A stretch of 64,000 bases of DNA from Bacteroidaceae bacterium (lineage in GTDB: Bacteria > Bacteroidota > Bacteroidia > Bacteroidales > Bacteroidaceae), in the NCBI GenBank assembly GCA_017520935.1, contig JAFXEF010000045.1, forward strand, positions 44,469-108,468. Reading direction: 5' to 3'. Of the stretch, positions 54,213-63,811 are shown piece after piece (position 1 is the stretch's first letter; each line of letters begins with the position of its first letter). The notes beneath the pieces were generated by a model, which was not told the origin of the DNA, ran no database searches, and was given only the letters and a program-made list of their open reading frames with translations. The position numbers and the translations under genes are program-made.

Positions 54213-56294
54213 ATGAAACGATTCTGTTATTTGCTTTTTATCGTAACCTTGTCGGTTGTTATGCCAATTCGACTACAGGCACAATACCAGATAGCCATTA
54301 ACAATGCGTCTTCATTGGTACGGGTGGGTATGAATCCGCATCCGACAGATAGCTCTGACATCAGTATTGCATATACATTAATGAGCGCTATTGATCATGA
54401 GAATCTGGATTCTATGATAATAGTAAGAGACTACTACCAGCAGAAAGCAAAAGATGATGTACTCAAAGAAAAGGCGTGGGGAGCATTGGCCTACATTGTA
54501 AATCGGATGATTGCAGAACGAGGAAATGGTGAAGTAGAAAAAGGCGATCTTTTGACAGAGGATCTTTACGAATATTTTACAGCTAATGCGTGTGAGAATC
54601 TTAGAGACTATCTGGTATTGAAATATGAATTGAATAATTATCATCCACGTTCAGTAAAAGAGTATATTGACAAGCGTAACTTCTACGATGACATGTTGAT
54701 GTTCAATTCTCCGGATCGTGAAGATTGGGATATGACTTCGAAGATTATGAAACTGATGCCCATGAAAGAAGGTGATAAATTGGTTGATGTCGGATGCGGA
54801 TTCGGTTATAATAGTTATCGCTTTTTAGAACTTGTGGGAACCACTGGTAAAGTTTATGCAACAGATACAGAAAAGGCATATACTGACTATTTCGGTAACC
54901 TGATGAAGCAAAATGGTATAACGAACATTGAGGTAATCAACTCCACGAGTTCACACCTCGGAGTTAATGATCAGGTTGATTGTATATTTATGAGTTCGCT
55001 CTATCATGTTTTTTATACGTGGTCAAGGGAGGATGAACGTAACCCTTACCTGTCTTCAATAAAAGACCACTTGAAACCTGATGGAAAGATTGTGATAGTT
55101 GACAACATTAATCTTCATGGCAACGAACTGAACAATTGCCATGTAAGTCCAGAACTTATACAAGCACAATTGGGGTATTGGGGGTTCGAGCCAATAATGT
55201 ATAAGGAATTGAATGATAAAAGATTCATGCTTGTATTGAAACGTAACGATTCTTATAAACCTCATAAGAAAGAACGAACAAGGAAGGGAGTTCCTATACT
55301 GACAATTGACAATCAGAAATCCGTTGTTCATATAGGTAGCCTTGACTCTTACGACATTACAGACCGTGGTATTGATGCTGCCAGTTACGTTTATGATTTC
55401 ATACATAATGGTGACAAGAACTTTGCAGACATTGCTATAAAGAAGTATACAGAACTTATACCTTCCGAGAACTTTGGTGGTGAGTATTCTGCCCTTCAAT
55501 GGCTATGCGAGGCTATGACAGCAGATGAAGTACAGCGTGAAAGAATGTTACAAGACCCTTTGACGAGGAGTTTTTATCATAAGATGACTGATGATAGCTG
55601 CAAGGTTCTGAGTTACTATCTGCTCCATAAATATAAGTTAGGCAATGATTCTCTCCGTATGCTTTCTGACTCAATCCTGGAAAAAACGGGAGAAGTAGGT
55701 CGTACGCACCGTTCGTATCTTGAAGATTATATTTTGGCCTTGAATCCAAGGCGTCCTCTATGGGAGCACACTTCAGACATTATTGATAACCTTGGACTTA
55801 AATATGGCGAGACTATAGCAGATATTGGTTGCGGATCAGGTTTCTTTACGTATAGATTCTCCAATATGGTCGGCTCTGAAGGAAAGGTCTATGCAATAGA
55901 ATTGAAAGATGAGCATCTACAAACACTTCAGCACTTCTTGGATAAGGAACATATCAATAATGTGGAAACGATGAAGGGGCGTGAAGACATCATAGAACTT
56001 CCCGAGAAGGTGAACAAGATGTTTATGTGTTCACTTTATCATGTACTGTATGGTGTGATTCCAGACAATGACCGCGATACATACTTGAAATCTTTATGTA
56101 AATACCTGAAACCAGGGGGTGAACTTATCATTATTGACAATGGTCCCGTTGATGACGATACGCTTCCCTATCATGGTCCATACATAGCTCGCGAATTGAT
56201 CGAGTATCAGTTATCTTATTACGGCTTTGAACTCGTAGATTACAAGCAGATCATACCTCAACGTTATATGTTGAAATTCAGGTTGGAAAAATAA
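54213..56294 (+). CDS. Exported protein with two tandem class I SAM-methyltransferase-like domains
   Basis: The signal peptide is MKRFCYLLFIVTLSVVMPIRLQA. Two motif I copies are present (LVDVGCGFGYNSYRF and IADIGCGSGFFTYRF), each preceded by a helical region and followed by KP(D/G)G..(I/V)I(V/I)DN. Confidence 0.7.
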   Translation: MKRFCYLLFIVTLSVVMPIRLQAQYQIAINNASSLVRVGMNPHPTDSSDISIAYTLMSAIDHENLDSMIIVRDYYQQKAKDDVLKEKAWGALAYIVNRMIAERGNGEVEKGDLLTEDLYEYFTANACENLRDYLVLKYELNNYHPRSVKEYIDKRNFYDDMLMFNSPDREDWDMTSKIMKLMPMKEGDKLVDVGCGFGYNSYRFLELVGTTGKVYATDTEKAYTDYFGNLMKQNGITNIEVINSTSSHLGVNDQVDCIFMSSLYHVFYTWSREDERNPYLSSIKDHLKPDGKIVIVDNINLHGNELNNCHVSPELIQAQLGYWGFEPIMYKELNDKRFMLVLKRNDSYKPHKKERTRKGVPILTIDNQKSVVHIGSLDSYDITDRGIDAASYVYDFIHNGDKNFADIAIKKYTELIPSENFGGEYSALQWLCEAMTADEVQRERMLQDPLTRSFYHKMTDDSCKVLSYYLLHKYKLGNDSLRMLSDSILEKTGEVGRTHRSYLEDYILALNPRRPLWEHTSDIIDNLGLKYGETIADIGCGSGFFTYRFSNMVGSEGKVYAIELKDEHLQTLQHFLDKEHINNVETMKGREDIIELPEKVNKMFMCSLYHVLYGVIPDNDRDTYLKSLCKYLKPGGELIIIDNGPVDDDTLPYHGPYIARELIEYQLSYYGFELVDYKQIIPQRYMLKFRLEK

Positions 56295-56299
56295 TATTG

Positions 56300-57178
56300 A
56301 TGATTATGGAACTGTTTGGGATTATTGCAGCTATTACCTCTGCCGCTTCTTGGGCATTCGGCACACTGATGTTTGACCGTCTGGGAAAGCATGTTCCTCC
56401 TGTTGGGATAACTTTTATAAAAGGAAGCCTCAGCATTGTATTTATGGCTTTGCTGACATTCTTTTGTAATGGTTTTGCTTCTATTGGGTCTATTGAATGT
56501 CTTTATCTCGCTCTTAGCGGTATCATTGGAATCGCTATTGGCGACACATTGTTCTTTAAGTCATTAAAAGATTTGGGACCAAAAGTACAAGTCCTCTTCT
56601 TTATGTTGGGGCAGGTCGTGACTATGATTCTCTCATTCGTTTTCCTCGGAGAGATTCTTTCAGTAAAAGAGTATGTAGGAGCACTTATTCTGCTGGTGGG
56701 TGTGATGGTGGTAATATGGGAAAAACAAGAGGGACATCCGAATAAGACAAGAGGCATTATATATGGCCTCCTCTCTATATTGTGTTTTTCGATATCCTCA
56801 ATCATTATCAAATATGCTATCGCAGATATTGATGTGGTCTCGGCTACATTCTATCGTATGTTTTTTGGTACTATCGGGGTTCTCTTTGTAGGGGTAAGCT
56901 CGAAAAAGATAAGGAACTGGGTTGCACCACTTAAAGACCTAAAGATTTTAGGATTGTTTGTACTAAATGTTCTTGTAATTACCTTTGGAGGATTTCTGCT
57001 TTCAACGGTGGCTATAAAATATATCAGTGTTTCATTGGCCTCTGTATTGAGTACAACGGAACCGATATTTGTCCTCCTTTTTGCTTTCCTGATAAATCAA
57101 GACAAAGCAACCAGACGGGAATTATTAGGAGCTGCTATAACAATTTTTGGATTACTAATAGTTATACTCAATGGATAA
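56300..57178 (+). CDS. DMT (EamA-type) transporter
   Basis: It has ten hydrophobic segments. I prefer the ATG at 56300 to the TTG at 56297. Confidence 0.75.
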   Translation: MIMELFGIIAAITSAASWAFGTLMFDRLGKHVPPVGITFIKGSLSIVFMALLTFFCNGFASIGSIECLYLALSGIIGIAIGDTLFFKSLKDLGPKVQVLFFMLGQVVTMILSFVFLGEILSVKEYVGALILLVGVMVVIWEKQEGHPNKTRGIIYGLLSILCFSISSIIIKYAIADIDVVSATFYRMFFGTIGVLFVGVSSKKIRNWVAPLKDLKILGLFVLNVLVITFGGFLLSTVAIKYISVSLASVLSTTEPIFVLLFAFLINQDKATRRELLGAAITIFGLLIVILNG

Positions 57179-59930
57179 GTTTGTCAAGACACTAATATGC
57201 ATGACTACCATTCTTCTTTATGGCATGGTAGGATATGCACAGGAATGTTGCATCAATGGAATGGTCACAGATGAAGTCAGTGGCGTTCCACTTGTTGGTG
57301 TCAATATAACGTATACTTCAGAGGGGAAAAAGCATTTGAATATAACGGATAATAAAGGTCGTTATGAGTTCTCGATACCTAAAGGACAAAATATTATGCT
57401 CAGGTTCTCCCATATCGGCTATACACCACAATCGAAACTGATAAACGCCAATGCAAATAATAGGACATTGAATGTAGGTCTGAAAGATAGTGCAGTTGCA
57501 TTGTTGGATGTGGTAGTCGATGCCAGAGTCCCGGTTTTGGTACAACGTAAGGATACGATTGTATATAAAGCCAGTACAATAAAATCAAATCCAGATGCGA
57601 CAGCATTGGATTTGATAAAGAAACTTCCCGGAGTATCGTATAAGGACAATAAACTTGAAGCGCAAGGACGCATTGTCAGTGAGATACGTGTTGATGGTAA
57701 AGAGTACTATAAAAATGATATCGGAATGGCCTTGAAGAATCTTCCTCAGGAGGTTATAGACGAGGTGAAGGTTTTTGAGGAACTTTCAGATTATGCGAAG
57801 CTCGCAGGATTTGATGATGGTGGAGGTACTGTAATATTCGACTTTTCGACAAAAAAAGGAACTGATGGCTCTACTTTTGGTAAAACAACAGATGGGATTG
57901 GTACGGATGGACGTTACACACTATATGGCGTATTAAACAAATTCGGGAAGAAAGATCGTTTATCTCTCTTTGCACAGTGTAACAATGTCAATGAACAGAA
58001 TTTCTCTACTATCGATTTACTCAGTGTGTCGGGAACTATTGCCAACAATGACCCAACCCAATCGCCATTCAGTAAAAATGCTATCAGCAATTCTTTCAGT
58101 CATGCAGAAAACAATGATATCAGTTCGATGATGACAGAGCTTAGTCCGTATGGTATAACACAAACGACAGCAGCCGGTGTCAATTATTCAGGAGAAAATA
58201 CAGAACATGGGATGAAATATTCGGGACACTACCTGTTTAATGTTTCTGACAACAACACTGTATATGACATCTTTGATGAGTATTTCGGTGAAACGACCAG
58301 CGACAACAAGCAGCATCTGACACTTGACAATAGGGATTTGAATCATAGGTTCAATCTTAAGTTTGAATATCAGATGACTCCCAAGGACTACTTGATGGTG
58401 CGCCCTTCATTTGTGATACAGAAACGCAATCAGAGTCTTGCTCTTACTGACTGGACGGTTATGGAAACTGTAGACTCCTTGTTGCTGAACCAAAGCACTG
58501 CGACTGTGCAGAGTGTGATAAATACCTCAAATGAGGCGATGTATATGCATAAATTCAACAATAGGGGACACGCACTTTCATTCAATGCCAAATTCTCGTA
58601 TACATATACAGAAGAAGATATGGATCTTGGACTTAATAATGTGCAGTCACAGAAAGATGTGCTTCAGAACACGTTCTCTAAAAATGACCAAAAGTCGTAT
58701 GCAGTAACCGGCTCTTACGTAGTGCCAATTGCCAAATATGCCAAAGTTAAAGCCGATATGGGTTGGAATTATGTATATGGGCACATCAAACAGGGCACAG
58801 AGACCAAAGTGAATGATGAAGAAACGTTCTCTGTGGACTCAATGCTATGCGGACGAGCCAATTCTCATTATGGAGGTTTTTTAGGGAATCTCGCTTATAT
58901 GTATGACAAGAAACGGTGGAACATTGTCAGTGGCAGTGAGTTTCACTCCTACAAATTGTATACAGAAAATGACCGCGAGATAGTAAAACACAGCTATAAT
59001 ACCCTGCTCCCTTATATGTTTGTGAGATATCTGTATGGGAATACGCGATGGAATTTCCAGTACAAGACAACACAAAAGTTCCCGACAGTTTATCAATTAC
59101 TTGAAGCCATTAATAATTCCAATGCCATTATGTCGGTCAAAGGAAACAATCGGTTGGGAGCATCGTATCATCACAATCTGTCATCCCGCTTGCTCTTGAC
59201 AAGCAGGGATGCAGGTTCTCACTTTGTGTTTTTTACGAATTTCGAGTATGCTGACAACTATATAGCATCACGCAGGTCGCTTTCCAGTACGAGCTTTGTC
59301 GAGGACGGTAACCACAGAAACAGTGAAATGTATTCATATGTCAATACGGATGGCTATTGGTCTGCTAAAGGACTGTTGGCATATGGTTTCCCATTCCGCT
59401 CTATAAAGTCCAATATCAACATATCAACCATGTTGGAATATAATAACATTCCGGGCTATTGGGATATGGACAAGTTGATAAACAAGCAATGGAACTGGAA
59501 TGCGTTCTTTACTGTTGGAAGCAATATTAGTGAATCCGTTGATTTTGTCATAGACAGTAATGTGAAGTATAGTCAGAGTACAAATATGGCCTTCCAGAAG
59601 ATGAATGTCAGTTATTGGTCGTTATCGTATGGGGCACAACTAAAATGGTTGATTACTGAATATCTTCCTTTCACCGTGGAATGTGGAAGTACCAACTATT
59701 ATGGTTCAGGTACATCACAATTCAATGCAGTCATTGCCAATGCTTCTATCGGATATAAATTCCTTAAGAAAAGAAATGCAGAGTTGCAATTCCTGTGCCA
59801 TGATATTTTCAATCAGAACAATAGCTTTCTTGTGACAACAACGGAACTCTATCGTCGGCAAATGACGACGAGTCTTCTCAAGAGACATTTCATGCTAAAG
59901 TTTACCTATAATTTCAATACTATCAAATGA
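57171..59930 (+). CDS. Outer-membrane beta-barrel receptor (CarboxypepD_reg domain plus plug-like region; TonB-dependent-receptor-like)
   Basis: It has a signal peptide, INGMVTDEVSGVPLVGVNI...DNKGRYEF, the plug-like LDLIKKLPGVSY...IRVDG, and a C-terminal aromatic-rich barrel ending in F/Y-x-F-type strands. Confidence 0.75.
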   Translation: MDKFVKTLICMTTILLYGMVGYAQECCINGMVTDEVSGVPLVGVNITYTSEGKKHLNITDNKGRYEFSIPKGQNIMLRFSHIGYTPQSKLINANANNRTLNVGLKDSAVALLDVVVDARVPVLVQRKDTIVYKASTIKSNPDATALDLIKKLPGVSYKDNKLEAQGRIVSEIRVDGKEYYKNDIGMALKNLPQEVIDEVKVFEELSDYAKLAGFDDGGGTVIFDFSTKKGTDGSTFGKTTDGIGTDGRYTLYGVLNKFGKKDRLSLFAQCNNVNEQNFSTIDLLSVSGTIANNDPTQSPFSKNAISNSFSHAENNDISSMMTELSPYGITQTTAAGVNYSGENTEHGMKYSGHYLFNVSDNNTVYDIFDEYFGETTSDNKQHLTLDNRDLNHRFNLKFEYQMTPKDYLMVRPSFVIQKRNQSLALTDWTVMETVDSLLLNQSTATVQSVINTSNEAMYMHKFNNRGHALSFNAKFSYTYTEEDMDLGLNNVQSQKDVLQNTFSKNDQKSYAVTGSYVVPIAKYAKVKADMGWNYVYGHIKQGTETKVNDEETFSVDSMLCGRANSHYGGFLGNLAYMYDKKRWNIVSGSEFHSYKLYTENDREIVKHSYNTLLPYMFVRYLYGNTRWNFQYKTTQKFPTVYQLLEAINNSNAIMSVKGNNRLGASYHHNLSSRLLLTSRDAGSHFVFFTNFEYADNYIASRRSLSSTSFVEDGNHRNSEMYSYVNTDGYWSAKGLLAYGFPFRSIKSNINISTMLEYNNIPGYWDMDKLINKQWNWNAFFTVGSNISESVDFVIDSNVKYSQSTNMAFQKMNVSYWSLSYGAQLKWLITEYLPFTVECGSTNYYGSGTSQFNAVIANASIGYKFLKKRNAELQFLCHDIFNQNNSFLVTTTELYRRQMTTSLLKRHFMLKFTYNFNTIK

Positions 59931-60661
59931 TGAAAAGAGGACGTATATTTATATTAATGATGTTTGTTGGAATGTTTGGCATCAAACAGGCCACAGCACA
60001 AACAGATACTATTATCAGCACTTTCATGCAGGAAAATCCTCGTATGATGAAAATCAGTATGCTCCAAGAAGAAACGTTGCAGATGGCATCTGACGGGACT
60101 CAGATGCTATTGGTTCTGGATATCAGCAATCCACAATTGTTGTTACGCTTTGTCATGGAAGGTTTTTCTATCTACATAGACCCGACAAGTAAAAAGAAAG
60201 AAAAATATGAGATTAAGATTCCCTCAGCCGCTGACCTTGATCTGGAGGCTCTTGGACTTAAAACTGAAAGACCCCACAATACAGAGGAAGTGGATGAAAA
60301 GCCCAATATACTGCCTTTGATTGCTCCCATTTGCGAAACAGGAATACTCTATACACGCAACAACAAGGTTATTTGCTCCGAAGGCACTCTGTTCTCAATG
60401 TATCTTGATGTAGATTCTGATCATTTGTATTATTATATCCTATTTCCTATAGCAGACTTGATGAAGGAGAAGAAACTGGCTCCCGAGTGGAGTATAGGTG
60501 TATATGCATCGCCGGTAGATATGCCCAATAACAATGAAGGTCAGATGATGCCTCCACCTCCGATGACGGGTGAAGGACAAGGCCCAGAGTCGTTTGCTGC
60601 AGAAATATCACAGTGGGTAAAATTCTCTTTTGAAGAGTTAAACAGTCTAAATCTAAAGTAA
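59927..60661 (+). CDS. Exported protein of unknown function
   Basis: The signal peptide is MMKRGRIFILMMFVGMFGIKQATA. It has an ATGA overlap with the receptor gene. Confidence 0.55.
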   Translation: MMKRGRIFILMMFVGMFGIKQATAQTDTIISTFMQENPRMMKISMLQEETLQMASDGTQMLLVLDISNPQLLLRFVMEGFSIYIDPTSKKKEKYEIKIPSAADLDLEALGLKTERPHNTEEVDEKPNILPLIAPICETGILYTRNNKVICSEGTLFSMYLDVDSDHLYYYILFPIADLMKEKKLAPEWSIGVYASPVDMPNNNEGQMMPPPPMTGEGQGPESFAAEISQWVKFSFEELNSLNLK

Positions 60662-61335
60662 TGATAACGCTAATAATACTTATATTCTTATTCTTGCCAA
60701 ATAGTGTAGCTTTGGCTGAAGAGAGTGATGCGCAAAATTGGGATTTCTGTGCGCATACAACAAATGACAGCCTTTGTGTGTCGGCCACTACTAGCAATAC
60801 CAAGATACAACTAACTGCCCTCATGCAAGGATTGACACTGAAAGTGCAGGATAAAGGCATATCTTTTTCATTCCCATCTGCCCCCATGGTGCGTTCCAAG
60901 CTAAAGCGCCACCCGAATGAGGTAAAAGCAATGATGAGACGTGACAGTGCGGGCGAAGAGGTGAAGCCTGATCTTCAACCTCTGATTCAGGCTCTTTCCG
61001 ATACAGTCGGTGTAATGGTAGATAGCTTAAATAAACAATACAGTATCCGTTCTTTTAAGTTCCTATTGGATAAAGAGAATGCCAAATTGACTTTTTGGGT
61101 CAGACTACCATTAACGGTTGACAAAGACTCAATAGAACTGATGATATCGTCAGCACCTGGAAATTTGTATGACAGAAAGGAATTTACAGGCAGACGATTA
61201 AGTAGTGAATCTTCTCCTTCTCCCAATGGATTGGGCGAAGCACCAATGAAGAAAGATGATAGAAATAGAACTTTTACTGTTAAGAAAATTGTAACGTTAT
61301 CAGACTGTGAAAAATGTGAAGTATGTTATCTTTGA
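60661..61335 (+). CDS. Exported/membrane-anchored protein of unknown function
   Basis: It has a hydrophobic N-terminus, and its start overlaps the previous stop (TAATG). Confidence 0.5.
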   Translation: MITLIILIFLFLPNSVALAEESDAQNWDFCAHTTNDSLCVSATTSNTKIQLTALMQGLTLKVQDKGISFSFPSAPMVRSKLKRHPNEVKAMMRRDSAGEEVKPDLQPLIQALSDTVGVMVDSLNKQYSIRSFKFLLDKENAKLTFWVRLPLTVDKDSIELMISSAPGNLYDRKEFTGRRLSSESSPSPNGLGEAPMKKDDRNRTFTVKKIVTLSDCEKCEVCYL

Positions 61336-61864
61336 TCTCGACGGCACGTTGATAGATTCATTTGATACGATTGCATATAACTGTAGAGCTGCATTGAAAC
61401 GGTTTTTCAATGTGACTACTTCATTCGATTTCACTCTTTATAGGAAAAAAGGGTTAGAAATCCTTTTCGATGATCTTGTACAATTTGAAAGTCTGGAATA
61501 TAGCACATTCAAACAAGCCTTCGATTCCATATATGCAGAGAATTTTCTTGATGGCACTTCTGTGATTGCCTCTACGTTAGAGTTGCTTGAGGCATATAGA
61601 GAAAATGGATTGTCAATAATCGTCCTTACCAATAAACGACAAAATCTTGCAGAGGACATCTGTAATTCCTTGTTGAATGGAAAAATCGATTATATCATTG
61701 GCCGTACCGATGAGCTACCGATAAAATGTAAAGAAAAAGTAATTATGCGATTGTCTACATACGATATAACCCCATCACAATGCATATTGTATGTGGGCGA
61801 TTCTGAAGAAGATGCAGGGTGTGCGGAATATTTATGTATTCCTTTCAAGAAAGCGATGTTATGA
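61307..61864 (+). CDS. HAD-superfamily hydrolase
   Basis: VIFDLDGTLIDS is HAD motif I, with a GDSEED-type motif near the C-terminus. It has a GTG start. Confidence 0.75.
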   Translation: MKNVKYVIFDLDGTLIDSFDTIAYNCRAALKRFFNVTTSFDFTLYRKKGLEILFDDLVQFESLEYSTFKQAFDSIYAENFLDGTSVIASTLELLEAYRENGLSIIVLTNKRQNLAEDICNSLLNGKIDYIIGRTDELPIKCKEKVIMRLSTYDITPSQCILYVGDSEEDAGCAEYLCIPFKKAML

Positions 61865-61888
61865 AATAATAATCTTAAATAATATATT

Positions 61889-63784
61889 ATGAAGAAGAAA
61901 CTATGTAATTATTTGTTGACGTTCTGTGGAACGTTACTTCTGGTAGCTTGTCATACTCATGATGAACGACTCTCGCTATCAGTGTCTGAGGTGACTTTTG
62001 ATTATTTAGGTGGAGAGAAAGAAATAACATTGTATTCCGAATGTTCGGAATGTGGAGATCCTATACCATGGGAAGTCACACAAGAGGATCCCTCTTTCTT
62101 AAATATAACGCCATCATTCGGAAGTGGTGGAAAAGTTACTGTGACATTGACAGCCGAAATGTCTCAGTCCGGTATGCAGGAATCTGAAAGAATCAAATTT
62201 AATAATGGAATCGATACTATTTACCTTCGCGTAAGTCAAGATCCTCACCCGACAGTTGAATGCTATGCGGAACCTACAGAAGTTTTGGATATGGCCAAGG
62301 GAATAGCTTGTGGGGTCAAAATCGGAAATAGTTGTGCAAGTTACTATATAGCACTCTACGAAGAGTCAAGAGCTAATATGTTGAGCGACGATGAACTTCG
62401 GGAAGATATTAAGAAAAAATCTGACAAGATGTACTATCCCAGTTATCCTGAAAATAGTCCGGACGGAAGATATGGAACAGACTATCAAGATGTATTGGCT
62501 TGGTATCACGATATTCATCCAAACACGAAATATGTTATAGTAACATGCCCCTATACATCTGATGGAGAGGAGGGGGCAGTTTACAGGAAGCCGGTAACAA
62601 CCAAGAATGACAAACTCCAACCCCAAGTCGTTTTGTCTGAAATAACACCGGAAACCACTAATAATGGGGATTTTTGGAAATGGTCCACCTCAATGGAATA
62701 CAATTGTCAATGCTATTTGGTTTATGCATGCGTCAGTGAGGATTTGTTTCCTTCATTTCAAAGAGACGACAATGGCGTGGTGCTTGCGTGGGAAATACAC
62801 AAATACCGTAAGATTCTAAAAGAAGACGATGTGACTGCTGTGAATTTTAATAGTGCATCGAAGAACGCTGCAAGATGTAGAGAATACATCTATCCTAAGT
62901 TGACAAACAATACAAAGATGGTTGATTTGGAAAGAAAAAGTTATGATAAGTATCTTGAGGTAGTCATTCTTGCTTATCATAAGAGTGACAATTTTGAAAC
63001 TGCAGAACTCTCCGGTGTAGTTACGGATGTGAAATTTGATATAAGTGCAGAGCCTACTCCTTCTGACCCGGCTTCAAGTCTGGATATTGAACTCAATGGA
63101 TACCAAGACGATGTTTGTATGGATGAGGAAGTACCAGTATCAACCCTTGATATTAATACGTATTCATTATCTTTTGCAGCTGCATCTGAGACTAAAAACT
63201 TGACGTTGACAGGTAACGACAGCTGGAGTGTAACATCCAAACCGACGTGGTGTACGGTATCTCCCAATTCTGGAGTTGGAAGTTCTACAATCAATGTAAC
63301 TCCTACAAAAAATACTACGACCGAGAAACGTACCGGTTCCATTGTGATTGAAGGAGAGAAAAGTCAGAAACGATTTACTGTATCTGTGACACAAGAACCC
63401 GGTGGAGAAAACACGATAGGCAAGGATGGATATGATGATGATACATCATTGGACGAAGAAGTATCTTATCATCTATTCATGCCGGCGGTTCCGCTGGATT
63501 TCACAAGTGCTGCGGGGTATAAGGATGTGAGTGTTTCATCGAATGATGATTGGAATGCCACTTCAAGTGAATCATGGTGTACGGTATCTCCGGCGTCAGG
63601 TAGTGGCGATGGCACGTTAAGGATTACGGTAATCAAAAACACCCAGAACCAGAAGCGGCAGGCACAGATTACTGTCAAAGGTCGGAAAAGTGGGCAAACA
63701 GCCACATTGAAAGTACAGCAAGATGCCGGTGGAGAAACTACGATAGGCAAGGATGGTTTCTCTGGTGATATAAATATAGATTAA
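61889..63784 (+). CDS. Lipoprotein with repeated BACON-like domains
   Basis: It has the lipobox LLLVAC. The repeated modules TWCTVSPNSGVGSSTINVTPTKN...IVIEG and SWCTVSPASGSGDGTLRITVIKN...ITVKG are typical of BACON. Confidence 0.7.
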   Translation: MKKKLCNYLLTFCGTLLLVACHTHDERLSLSVSEVTFDYLGGEKEITLYSECSECGDPIPWEVTQEDPSFLNITPSFGSGGKVTVTLTAEMSQSGMQESERIKFNNGIDTIYLRVSQDPHPTVECYAEPTEVLDMAKGIACGVKIGNSCASYYIALYEESRANMLSDDELREDIKKKSDKMYYPSYPENSPDGRYGTDYQDVLAWYHDIHPNTKYVIVTCPYTSDGEEGAVYRKPVTTKNDKLQPQVVLSEITPETTNNGDFWKWSTSMEYNCQCYLVYACVSEDLFPSFQRDDNGVVLAWEIHKYRKILKEDDVTAVNFNSASKNAARCREYIYPKLTNNTKMVDLERKSYDKYLEVVILAYHKSDNFETAELSGVVTDVKFDISAEPTPSDPASSLDIELNGYQDDVCMDEEVPVSTLDINTYSLSFAAASETKNLTLTGNDSWSVTSKPTWCTVSPNSGVGSSTINVTPTKNTTTEKRTGSIVIEGEKSQKRFTVSVTQEPGGENTIGKDGYDDDTSLDEEVSYHLFMPAVPLDFTSAAGYKDVSVSSNDDWNATSSESWCTVSPASGSGDGTLRITVIKNTQNQKRQAQITVKGRKSGQTATLKVQQDAGGETTIGKDGFSGDINID

Positions 63785-63811
63785 TAAAACATTATAAAAA
63801 TTAAACACAAT

